64,000 nucleotides of DNA, from assembly GCF_001194135.2 (NCBI RefSeq), contig NC_068997.1:2203457-2267456 (forward strand), written 5' to 3'. The position numbers and the translations under genes are program-made. Positions 26,301 through 39,500 of the stretch are shown here, in pieces. Under the pieces are notes generated by a model. That model did not search any database and was not told where the DNA came from. It saw nothing but the letters and a program-made list of their open reading frames with translations. Positions within the stretch are counted from its first letter, which is position 1, and each line of letters starts with the position of its first letter. The DNA comes from Octopus bimaculoides. Its lineage: Eukaryota.

Positions 26301-29300
26301 AATATGATAGAGAGAAAGGAACATGTGTCTTGCTGAAGAGAGGCTAACATGGTTGAAACAAGTCTGTTTTTATATTAAAAATTACACCATGAAAGTTCAG
26401 TGTTGAAAATTTGAAGAAATGATTCGATAAGTAAAATTGGAATGTTAGAAACAAGAGAGTGTGGTTACCTTATAGCCTCGGAAATAAGACTGTATGATTA
26501 TAGTAGCAGTCCTTATCAGCAAATAGCATTTCTGTGCCTGGAGAAAAAGACAAAAATAAAGATGAAGAAATTTATCAGTGTTGCAGAGAAATAATGGCAT
26601 CTATTGTAATGTTGTGTGTGTGTGTGTGTGTGCAATAGATAGAGTATGGATTGGCCAATAGATAGTGAGACAGACAGGAAGAGTCAAACACAGAGAAACA
26701 GACACAGATAGTGAGTCACACAAAATGACTGAAAATTTTTCCCTCTCTCTCTCTTGTGTATATATATATATATATACACAATTTTACTCTTTTGTTTCAG
26801 TCATTTGACTGTGGCCATGCTGGAGCACCGCTTTTAGTCAAGCAAATCGACCCCAGGACTTATTCTTTGTAAGCCTAGTACTTATTCTATCAGTTTCTTT
26901 TGCCGAACCACTAAGTTACAGGGATGTAAACATACCAGCATCAGTTGTCAAGCGATGTTGAGGGGACAAACACAGACACACACACACACATATACATATA
27001 TACAATGGGCTTCTTTCAGTTTCTGTCAACCAAATCCACTCACAAGGCTTTGGTCGGCCCAAGGATATAGTAGAAGACACTTGCCCAAGGTGCCAGGCAG
27101 TGGGACTGATCCCGGAGCCATGGNNNNNNNNNNNNNNNNNNNNNNNNNNNNNNNNNNNNNNNNNNNNNNNNNNNNNNNNNNNNNNNNNNNNNNNNNNNNN
27201 NNNNNNNNNNNNNNNNNNNNNNNNNNNNNNNNNNNNNNNNNNNNNNNNNNNNNNNNNNNNNNNNNNNNNNNNNNNNNNNNNNNNNNNNNNNNNNNNNNNN
27301 NNNNNNNNNNNNNNNNNNNNNNNNNNNNNNNNNNNNNNNNNNNNNNNNNNNNNNNNNNNNNNNNNNNNNNNNNNNNNNNNNNNNNNNNNNNNNNNNNNNN
27401 NNNNNNNNNNNNNNNNNNNNNNNNNNNNNNNNNNNNNNNNNNNNNNNNNNNNNNNNNNNNNNNNNNNNNNNNNNNNNNNNNNNNNNNNNNNNNNNNNNNN
27501 NNNNNNNNNNNNNNNNNNNNNNNNNNNNNNNNNNNNNNNNNNNNNNNNNNNNNNNNNNNNNNNNNNNNNNNNNNNNNNNNNNNNNNNNNNNNNNNNNNNN
27601 NNNNNNNNNNNNNNNNNNNNNNNNNNNNNNNNNNNNNNNNNNNNNNATATATATATATATATAGGAAAATGAAGAATAAGGCAGAATGCTAAATTGGAAG
27701 CATATTTTAATAAAGATTTCTAACCGGCTTTCATTGCGAAGCAAATTTTCAAGAAGGAGAATGAAAATGTTTTTTACAAAGTACAAAATGAAGAAAATAA
27801 TATATAAAAAAATAACTATACCAATACATTATATTGTCTTTGAGCTTTTGAAGTTCAATGGTAGTTCATGTATATAATGGTTAAAAGTTTGTGTTAAGCA
27901 GGAAGTGTGGTGTCAAAACAGGAAGTGTGTGTAAGGGGAGACAAATGTTTTTAGTTGGAGTTATGAACTCTTTTTCAACAGGAAGTTTATGTCTGTTCTC
28001 TAGGAACAGACATCAACTTCCTGTTGAAAAAGAGTTTCATGATTCTTTGTAAGTGTTCTTTTATCCTTGAAGAGAGCCTAATGTGCTTTCTTGAAGGAGA
28101 CAGACTGTCAAGAAGGTCTAAGGAAATCTGCCCAGGGACACTGTACACGTGTAAATCACATACGTTTGGTGTTAATGTAATGAGCCAAAACTTTTTCCAA
28201 TTAGAATTATTTAGTTCATTAACCTGTCTTGGCATCTCTTCATTACGATAACAACTTACTCATGTAATGCTAGCTGAGGTACCTGGTAAAAAATTACCAT
28301 TAATAAGATGTCTGTTTATAGCCATGAAACATTTTCCGTAAAATTTTAACATTTTTCAAAAATTTAAAATCTATATTAATGGGTTGGACCAATTTGACGA
28401 AAAAATGAGCTGAGTCTGGTAGCGAACCTGTGTCATCGTCATTTTTGTGCATGTGCGTAAAATGGCGAAATTTTACGCTTTGGGGCAGATTTCATCAAAT
28501 TGATGTCACGATGGCTAGTGCACAAAATGCGTAAGTTTTGCTTGAGAAATAAAATGGTCTTACCTAATCAAAACCNNNNNNNNNNCACACACACATGTCA
28601 AGTTTCATCAAGATCTGTTTGGATAGTCTTGGAGGAATTAAAGCAACAAATTCACAAACACACAAACTTGCCATTTATTATTATAGATGTGCATTATCAT
28701 ATAAACCATGTTCACTAGGTTAAATTTTTACATTGAAACCTTCCATAGTTTGCCAATCACCTTAATACTTTTCATACATATACAGTGGAAGCTACTTGAG
28801 ATCCCTTTGGGATAGACACTCTTTCGCAACAATAAGTAGCTGATAACATTAAGCAGATAAACTATTCTTGTCACAGATATTTTGATAGTAACTGGCACTC
28901 GGCTACAATAACAGTTCCAGTGGATCCAATCAATGGAACAGCCTGCTTGCGAAATTAATGTGCAAGTGGCTGAGTACTCCACAGACACATGTACCCTTAA
29001 TGTAGTTCCCAGGAAGATTCAGTGTGACAAAGCTGGTCCTTTGAAATACAGGTACTACTGATTTTTGCCAGCTGAGTGGACTGGAGTAACAAAGTATCTG
29101 GATTAAGGACAAAATGCACCACCAGGAATCGAACTCACGACCTTACGATTGTAAGCTGAAGTTATGCACCTTTTGATAACAATAACCAGATTATAACATT
29201 TCTATGATAATAATAAAATCAGGAACTTTTCTACACCCTTTCATAAGATTCTACTCCTCCTGTTTTTCTATAAATTTCAACTGTATATTATAGAAAAGTA

Positions 29301-32300
29301 GTTTCCATTGCATTCTTCTCCAATTCCATCAACACCACCTCCACCAATCCTTGTATCTGTGTTTGGGTCTTATCCTGCTCCTGAACAACATTCAAACGAT
29401 TTAGAAATTGCTTCTAATTCCAGTTTTGTCTAAATCATTTCCATTCAATGTATCCATCACCCCAACCAACAAGCCACCCCGACCCTTAAACAACTCCATA
29501 TCTGATCCCAGACCAAGTGTTATTTGATCCCCCAAAATACTCAAAGTATACTTACCCAGTACCCACGAAATCGACACGAAATTATAATTTGACTGTATTT
29601 CATTTTCTGGTATAGGGACCACTGCCGCCAGCCCCTCCACACTTTCTGTATTGACATGGCTAAATAATGCATTTGACCACGGCGTCTCTCTTCCATTTCA
29701 AATAACTACAAAATAGAAACAACACGAAACGTTTCAGATTTTAACATAAATGGTTATATTAGCATATTAGAAGAACTGATTTGGATCTCGAAACTATCTT
29801 TTCTCTCAGAATTGTTAATAATATCACATTAGATTTGATCTTAAAATAATAACAATTTCAGATTTGAGTTTCATTTCGTATCAGTGAGAAATCTAAAACA
29901 AAAGCTGAATTGTTTTCCCTGACGCATCATCATCATAACTATTGTTAAATAGATAAATGAAAAAGACTATAATTATTTTCTCAAACAAATTTCCCCAGAA
30001 GTGGAATTGTGGGGAGGAATAACAAGCTTGATTGTAAGGGAGATAACTATAATTTTTATTTCGACAATATAAATTTATGACTTATCTCCCTTGAGGACAG
30101 CATTAAGCGTCAACCAGAGAAATTCTTGTGGTGATTCGACCTGTCAGAAATAGCAGAAAAATCTCACTCAAACAAAACTCAACCATCTTAAAAGAGGACA
30201 TTTGCTAAACTTGCCATAGTTACTTTGATACTACAGGGTGTTCAAAAAGTCTACCCGCAGTACGTATTTTATTGCAAAATAAATATTTATAAGATAGTAT
30301 AGGACTACAAAGAATATATTAGATTTTGTCGTCCTTCATTTTCAATACATAAAATTTAATTTCTTTTTTACTGCCGTGTAAGTACTTCCTAAGCTGATTT
30401 CCGTTTCCTGTGACAATTTACGTAAGGACTTTGATGGGCTTGCCAACAGTTTATCGGAAATATTGGATAGTGTTTCGTCTGAAAGAACAGTAGGCCTACC
30501 GCTTCTTGCTGCGCCGTCCACTGAGCCTGTGTTTCTAAATTTTCTTATAAAATCCCGCTCAGTGTCACGATGTGGAACAACAGTATTTGGAAAAGTTTCA
30601 CTGAACTTCTGCTTCCCAATATTTATGTATTTGTTTCCAGCCTGAAACACCCATTCAACTAAAAACGTTCGTTCTTCGATGGTTAGCATGTCAACACGCT
30701 GAAAGGTACACAATGGTTGACACTCGGCCGCCCACTCAGTGATAGCCAAACTGCTCATGTGCAGGATGAAAATAATTCACTGCGGAGAGACTTTATGAAC
30801 ACCCTGTATAAATGCAGACAACTGGACCCTGCACCACAAACGTTGACAAACAAGCTAGCAATGTATACTATAGTTGGGAAGACGAACAAATTATTTTAAA
30901 CACTGACACTTCTTACATTTTGGATATTTCAATCGATAAAATGTATTTCTCCATATTCTCTGACTTACTCTAACAATGCTAAACTTTATCAAACTCTCTC
31001 AAACCATTTAATAATGTGGTGTTGAAAATTATTCTGTCAAATGTAAAGCTTATTTATTAACAGTCTTGAATTTAATCATGGATTATCCTGTAGCTTTGAG
31101 ATTTTGATGATATGGCTGTTTATTTTTAAAATGACAAAATAGGGTAGATTTGAGGGGCCAGATCTGGCCAGTTTGAACATGTAGAATATTTTGGCCAGAT
31201 ATGGCCTGTTTAAGTGCTAAAGGGTTAAATCATTTCTCACAGTTCCATTAAACTATTTTCTCAATTCAAAAATATTCTTTACTCTTTTATTACCTCAGTT
31301 TTGATATTGTTTGGACAGACTTTATCTGAGGATCAAAATTGGAATGGTTTACGACATGCATGAATCATTTGAGACACTGAAGATCAAAACTGTTTCATTT
31401 TATTTTTTTTTAAGCATGAAAACATTTTTTAAATTAAGAAAATAGAATTTATGAAAAAAATATAAAAAAAAACAAGAAGAAATTTTACCGTTTTTGGTTT
31501 CCTAATGAAGACTTTTGTCTTTCCAAAAGCATAATGACTATTTGTAAATCCCATACTTTCCATGAGAACCTTGACCCCTTGTTGTACGGGTCCATCCCAA
31601 TGTGGCCACGTCAAAGGTGATAACATCTTGTAACGATATAAGAAATGACCATAGCTCTGTCGAAATGCATATCCAGCACGTCTCACCTGAACATTCTCCA
31701 TTAACCTGTAATCAATAAATATTAAATCAGCTATTAACAAATACGACTGGGGTATCTGAAAGGATGAGAGTGGAAGGGTTTGTGTTTATCTTTATAAGTA
31801 TTTCGGATGAGTAGAATCTTATGAGAAGATATTGAAAAGTTCCTGGTTTTAGCTAAAAGAAAATACAGGAAGATCAGTTAATTATGTGATTTTATTCAAC
31901 ATATTCTCCTCTCAGATTCACACACTTATTGCAGTGGTCCTTCCATTTTTCCAAGCCCTGTAAAAGAACTCGTAAGGTTGGGCCTCCAACCAAGTCTTTG
32001 GCAATACCCTTAAAGCCAGGAACTTTTCAACACCACATTGTAGATTCATGCATTTGCATAAATGTGAATAGATGAGTGTGGTGTGTTTGGGAATGTGTAT
32101 ATTTGGTGATGTGCAGATTTGTGAGTGCTGAAAACACAGAGCATCACAAGACATGTGAGCCAATCAGCAAGTTACTTACCCTAAGTAGCGAACCTGATGC
32201 CGGACTAGATCTTCATCAAATGCTATAGGTTTCTTGAAATCATTGGGCTGGAACAACAACAAAAATAACAATAATAATAAGAAGAACACCCAGAGAGCAC

Positions 32301-35300
32301 AAACCTCTGCCAAGGCAACACCAATGTCTTCTCAACAATTAGCCAGAGATGATTTTTAAAATGAGAATATCTGAAATAAACTCGACTGCTCTCACAAACT
32401 AGAATACTAAAAATAAACCCAACTGCTCTCAAAAATTAAGTAAAAAAACAGGAAAAATTATCCAGAATCCTTGTCCAGTACCAGATCAATCCCAAAATCT
32501 AATCAATTTGTGCCAGTCATAAGACCAAACATCCCTGAAAGTTTCATCCGAATCCATCCAGTGGTTCTTGAGATATCTTGTCCACAGACAAACAAACAAA
32601 CATGACTGAAAATAATACCTCTGCCTTCGCTGAGGTGGAGGTAATAATACCTTCAAATTTTGGCACAAGGCCAGCAATTGTGTGATGGGTGTAAGTTGGT
32701 TATGTCAACCCCTACTCATCAAAAGGATGAAAGGCAAAGTCGACCTAGGTAGGATCTGGGGTTTAGAATGTAAAGTTCGATGAGATGCCACTAAGCAATT
32801 TACCCAGCATGCTAACAATTCTGCCAGATTGCTGCCTTATTAAAAATAATAATCCTTTCTGCTACAGGTACAAGGCCTGAAATTTTGTGGGCAGGGGCTA
32901 GTTGATTACATTGACCCCAGTTTTTACAAGTACTTAATTTACCAACCCTAAAAGGATGAAAGGCAAAGTTGACCTCAACAGAATTTGAACTCAGACCATA
33001 AAGATGAACATAATGCTGCTAAGCATTTTGACCAGTGTGCTAGTGATTCTGCCAGCTCACTACCTTAATAATAATAATAATAATAATAATAATGATAATT
33101 TTGGCATGAGGCCAGCAATTTTGGGGAAGGGGTAAGTTGATTACATTAACTCCAGTTCATAACTGGTACTTGTTTTATCAACCCCAAAAGAACGAATGGG
33201 AAAGTCAACCTTGGTGGAATTTTAACTCGGAACATAAAGACTGGTGAAATGCTTCTAAGCATTTTGTCTGATGTGCAAATGATTCAGCCAGCTTCTTGCT
33301 TAATAATAATAATAATAATAATAATAACAGCGAAACGGGCTGATTACTACCTAGCTCAGATACCAGGAAACCCCAAAATGGCTGAAGTTCAAAAGATAGT
33401 GCTCATGGGAAGTGCCCATATCCTACGTAAAATACTGTCTATGTGATCTCAAATTTTAAAACAAACATAATTTTCTTATGGTTTCTTAAACATTCTCTAG
33501 AACAACACTGTACAAATCCAAATATATGGTACCCTAGACATAACACCTACATGAACTTCTAACTTGTTGTCTCTTGAGGTCTCTGGGTGAGACTTGGATC
33601 CAACTTGTCCAAATGCAAAGCAAAAGTCAAACATAAAATAATAATAATAAATATCTAACACAGATACAATGTCACACATTTTGATGACTGAATCAACTGA
33701 CTGAATCAACCACACTACTAGACTCTCTCTCTCTTTCCTATAAACTGACATCACCACCACCCCACTAACCTTGTCCTGAGCCACTCCACTTTGGTGGAGA
33801 TACACTGGTGCCATTTATAACATATTGTAGGTCTTAGTTATTGAGGTGGCACGGTTTAGCCCAATCCAGGTGCAACCACAGTCAGTTTCTTGTATAGAGT
33901 GGGAGAAAAATGGATTCTAGAATGTGACTGTACTTGAAAGGATGGAAGGTAAATAACTGCATGAAACGATGGAAGGTATATGACTGTACACTGAAAAGGA
34001 TGGGAGGTGAAATTGAATTTGAATGAATTTTAACCTAATGTGAAGAGAGCCTCCCACTTGAAATTTAAAAATCAAATGTATAAATTAAAATAGCTACAGG
34101 CGTAGGAGTGGCTGTGTGGTAAGTAACTTGCTTACCAGCCACATGGTTCCGGGTTCAGTCCCACTGCGTGGCATCTTGGGCAAGTGTCTTCTACTCTAGT
34201 CTCGGGCCGACCAAAGCCTTGTGAGTGGATTTGGTAGACGGAAACTGAAAGAAGCCCATTGTATATATGTATATATATATATATATATGTATGTGTGTAT
34301 GTGTTTGCGTGTCTGTGTTTGTCCCTCCAACATCGCTTGACAACCGATGCTGGTGTGTTTACGTCACNNNNNNNNNNNNNNNNNNNNNNNNNNNNNNNNN
34401 NNNNNNNNNNNNNNNNNNNNNNNNNNNNNNNNNNNNNNNNNNNNNNNNNNNNNNNNNNNNNNNNNNNNNNNNNNNNNNNNNNNNNNNNNNNNNNNNNNNN
34501 NNNNNNNNNNNNNNNNNNNNNNNNNNNNNNNNNAAAAGAGTAAATTAAAATATATTAAAATGTTTCCTTAATTCAATAACTGACCTTTAATCCACAACAA
34601 AGGGACGTTCAGTTTGCTAACCTTTTTTTGCCTTATCCCTATTTGTCCATACACTGAGGGTCAGAGGTCATTCAGTCTGTCCTCCCTGACAATAACTCCT
34701 CGAAATAAGCGCAAAATGTAGCCTTCATATAGTTATTTGACTATCTGAAAAACAACGGCCCTCATTTCTCTCAAATCACACATTATCACATTTTAAAAAG
34801 GATGCATTGTCTTAGATATATACATTCTGTTTCATTGCCTATTTACTGCTGAATGAAATCTCTCAACATCTCACTTTGGACCTGCTCATCCACACTGACC
34901 AGCTTCTGTTTGACAAGGGGTTTCCACAGTCAGGTTATTTAACTTTGACCATTAGTATGCAGTCCGAATTTTAACTCAGAGCATAACAAACCATAATGGA
35001 AACTCCAAGACATCTCAAAGACTCATATATTTCTACCATTCTGCTGTCTTTGGTTGAGCATTTATCAATCCTGAAAGAATTAAAAGCAAAGTTGACCTCA
35101 CTGGGGTTTGAAGAAAACCAAAATTCAGCCCAATGCTGCTGGGCAGTCTCTCCAGTGTTCTGGCCACTCTACTAATTAACCACCTAATTAACCACCTAAA
35201 TCTATTGAATGGTAAAAGCTGGAACACATTTGATCTTGGGTCTAGAAAAACGTACCTTGATACACCGGATATAATTAGGGTTCTTGGAGGATAAGTTCTT

Positions 35301-35740
35301 CATAAGTTCTGCCACGGATACCTGAAGACATGAAAAAAGAATGAGTTAACCAAATTTGGTGGTAAACCAATATCTAAAAGGATGGCGGGCGGGGTTAAAG
35401 CAACGACAACATCAAGTTGGTAGTCGATATTATCTCACCAGTGTTACCTGTAATATCTGGCATCATACCCAGGTGGAGATATATCTTTCATTTGGTTCAA
35501 ATTAAGAACTGTTCCTTAGAAATCCCTGAAGATTTTGGACACATTCTGTTAGATTTAAAATAACCAAGACAACTCATCCAGTAATTATGGATATATATGT
35601 AATATTTATATATGGGTATTTGTAATATACAGCACTACTAATGGTGTTGTTTATCATATTTTAAAAATGTATATAATTAATCCACCTTTAAACTATTGAA
35701 TACCTCTAGCAGACTGAAGTTAAGTAACACATTCATGACT

Positions 35741-35820
<80 letters not shown>

Positions 35821-36552
35821 TACAAATAAAAGGGTAAAGGAATATTAATTTATTAATAAATTAATAATTAATAATTTTTACCAAGTATTTCGGTATGTAA
35901 ACACCATTATCGGTGAAGAACTAATTTAAAAGTTCTTATAAATTTATAAACATAATTAAGGCATCAGCAACAGTTACTTCACCACACACCAAAGTTCAGA
36001 TATAGCAGCTAAAACTCCAACAGATAGCAGTATTTGTAACTCCCAAAGGCAAAACAAGAAGAAAAATCAACGAAACTAATCAGTCTTAGTTAATCATAGA
36101 CGCGTTTCTGGATCAGAATGGTAAAAAACCTTCATTTCCGTCATCAGTATGATATTCTAGTTTGCAGGTCTGAAGGTACAGGCAATTATGCATGCTCGAC
36201 CAAGCATCAAGTACTGCTATCTGTTGGAGTCTTAGCACTTTAGCTGCTATTTCTGAACTTTGGTATGTGGTGAAGCAACTGTTGCTGATCTCTTAATTAT
36301 GTTTATATATATACATACACGTAAAATACACCATTTTGAGCATGGCCGTTGCCAGGACCGCATGACTGGCCCTCATGCCGGTGGCATGTAAAAGCACCCA
36401 CTACACTCTCTGAGTGGTTGGCGTTAGGAAGGGCATCCAGCTGTAGAAACTCTGCCAACTCAGATTGGAGCCTGATGTAGCCATCTGGTTCACCAGTCCT
36501 CAGTCCAACCCATGCTAGCATGGAAAGCGGACGTTAAACGATGATGATGATG

Positions 36553-36583
<31 letters not shown>

Positions 36584-39500
36584 GATAGACAGATAGTAAC
36601 TTCTATGCTGAAGTAGAGACAACATGTTCTTTGTCTATCTCTTTAACTTCTTGGAGATTTTAGGTAAAATTATACTAATGTGTCCATCTGTTCTAATATA
36701 ATTAAATTCTATGTCTTTGTGCAGCTGAGGATTGCTCTGCATTTTAAAATGATGTAATGATTGCATTGTTCAATTAAATGGAGCTGCATGAAACGATCGT
36801 ACTGCATTACCTCTGGATATCCTTGTTGTTTATTTTGACATATAGATAGGTAGATACACACACATATACATGAGTTAAGGAATGGAGTAGATAAAATCCA
36901 GGCTACATATGTTTCCTAATGAGTTGAATCTTGGAAGTGGTAAATGTCCAAGCAAGGTGTATACAGCAGGCTACACTTCAGGCCAAGCGTTTCTTGATTA
37001 AATTCTGATCGAATCTTCTGTGTGTTAACATGCACCTCCTTACAACAATGTAAACTTCATTTAATCCAGATACTCTTGGCCTGAAGAGTAGCCTGCAGTA
37101 TACACCTTGCTTGGATATTTACCACTTTCGAGGTTCTGCTTGCTATGGAACATATGTAGCCTGGATTTCATCAACTTCATTCCTTAACTCATGTATATGT
37201 ATTTGAATACTTGGCAACCCTGTCTGCCAACTGTGAGATATAAAATAATATTTTCAGCTTAACATGTTGTTGGCATTCCGTCGCTTATGATGTCAAGGGT
37301 TCCAGTTGATCCGATCAACAGAACAGCCTGCTCGAGAAATTAACGTGCAAGTGGCTGAGCACTCCACAGACACGTGTACTCTTAAACGTAGTTCTCGGGG
37401 ATATTCAGCGTGGCACAGTGTGACAAGGCTGACCCTTTGAATTACAAGTACACCAGAAACAGGAAGTAAGATTGAGAGAAAGTTGTGGTGAAAGAGTACA
37501 GCAGGGTTCGCTACCATCCCCTGCTGGGGCCTCGTGGAGCTTTAGGTGTTTTTGCTCGATAAACACTCACAACGCCCGGTCTGAGAATCGAAACCGCGAT
37601 CCTATGACCGCGAGTCTGCTGCCCTAACCACTGGGCCATTGCACCTCCACTCAGCTTATCATACTTTGAAATGAAAAATGCCACAACCTTCCACCCCAAT
37701 AAACCACTATTGTTCCTGAAAGTTGTTTTTTATATTTTCAATGGTTTGCTTGAAGCTGATCTTCTTCCTACATCTCGATCCTTGGACCTTACATGTGTGT
37801 GCATGTGTGTATCTATCTCTCTCTCTCTCTCTCTTTCTCTNNNNNNNNNNNNNNNNNNNNNNNNNNNNNNNNNNNNNNNNNNNNNNNNNNNNNNNNNNNN
37901 NNNNNNNNNNNNNNNNNNNNNNNNNNNNNNNNNNNNNNNNNNNNNNNNNNNNNNNNNNNNNNNNNNNNNNNNNNNNNNNNNNNNNNNNNNNNNNNNNNNN
38001 NNNNNNNNNNNNNNNNNNNNNNNNNNNNNNNNNNNNNNNNNNNNNNNNNNNNNNNNNNNNNNNNNNNNNNNNNNNNNNNNNNNNNNNNNNNNNNNNNNNN
38101 NNNNNTATATATATTTACCTATTTCATTTAGGCATTGTTAAACTAATACCTTGGCATAGAACTCAATATACATATGCTTCAGAATGAAACATTACTTGAG
38201 TACAGAGCAGTTATAAGAAAAAAAGATGATAAAAGAATAAATGATAAGATAATCATTTATTCCTTTGTCATCTTATTTTCTTATGTACGCATATCTGTAT
38301 ACAGATGTAATTAAACATACTTACTTTGAATTGCGAGCCGGCAGTGGCTGGACGTTTTAAAGATGGGCGAGCGGGATTTCCTATCAATGATAAAGACAAA
38401 TAGAATAGAATACGTATATGTGAGTGTATAAGTATATGAATATTTCATCACTATCATCTTTTTCTTCTTTTTCCAGCCGAGCGTAACCATGTATCTCCTC
38501 AGCAGTAAGACAGTTGTTCCATCTCCCCCGCCGTACTAGTACCTCTCCACACCTGGCATAAACCATTTCCTTCGACACCATACTCTTCTCAGTCAAGGGG
38601 TCTTCTTTACTTGTGAGTTGCTTTGCAGCTTCACTAGAGCTGGTGACATGCAAAATCACCCACTGCACTCTGTAAAGTGGTTGGTGTTAGGAAGAGCACC
38701 CAGCTATAGAAACCATGCCAAAAGCAGCCAATAGATCTTGATACAGTCTTCTCACCTGCTGGATTCTGTCAAACCATTTGATCCATGCCAGCATTGAATA
38801 CAAACGAATGGTGATGATTTAAATATAACATCTACGAAATTAAGTTAAAATAGTATTAAAACTGTTACATATTATAACAAGGTTATTTGTAGAGATGAGG
38901 TGTAGTTTGTTGAATTATTCCCAGTATATAACTGTTATTCAATGTATCACAAGAGATGAAAGGCAAAGTTGACCTCACTGACATTTGAAAACAGAATATA
39001 AAGAGCCTGAAGAAATTCTTCAAAGTACTTTTTCTGATATTCAAATGATTCTGCCAGTTTGCCAGCCTAAATAATGGTTTCTATAATAAAGGCTTGGAAT
39101 ATTTTTGGTAGAGGAGAGGATTAGTCAATGAAATCCACCTAGTTCATGACTGGTATTATTTTTTATTAGTGCCTAAAGCAGTGGTTCTCAACCTGTCGTC
39201 TGTGGACCCCTAGTGGTCCGCAAAAGTATTACTGGGGGGGGGGGGTCTGTGAACTATATTCAGAATTTCACACACCCACACATACATAAGGACAAGTATA
39301 TTAAAAGGGGTCCGTGGGAAAACTCGTTTAAATAAACGGTGGCCTTGGTAGTGAAAAGGTTGGGAACCACTGGCCTAAAGGATAAATGGCAAACTCAACC
39401 TTAGAACTCAAACTGTTAAGGTCTGTAAGTAAAGAACAGTTCTTTACTTTTCTTGTAACATCACAGATTTCAGTTGCATAACAACAACAATTGCAAAATG

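Larger units (their letters stand above)
36862..37200. repeat. Foldback element: ~126-bp inverted arms, each carrying a hammerhead-like motif (inverted Penelope-type terminal repeat)
   Basis: 36862-36987 vs 37075-37200 reverse-complementary; 87-bp spacer. Confidence 0.88.

Noticed and set aside
38384-38668. 94-aa minus-strand ORF next to a myosin acceptor
   Set aside because: No recognisable homology; partly SINE-derived and not needed for the myosin frame.
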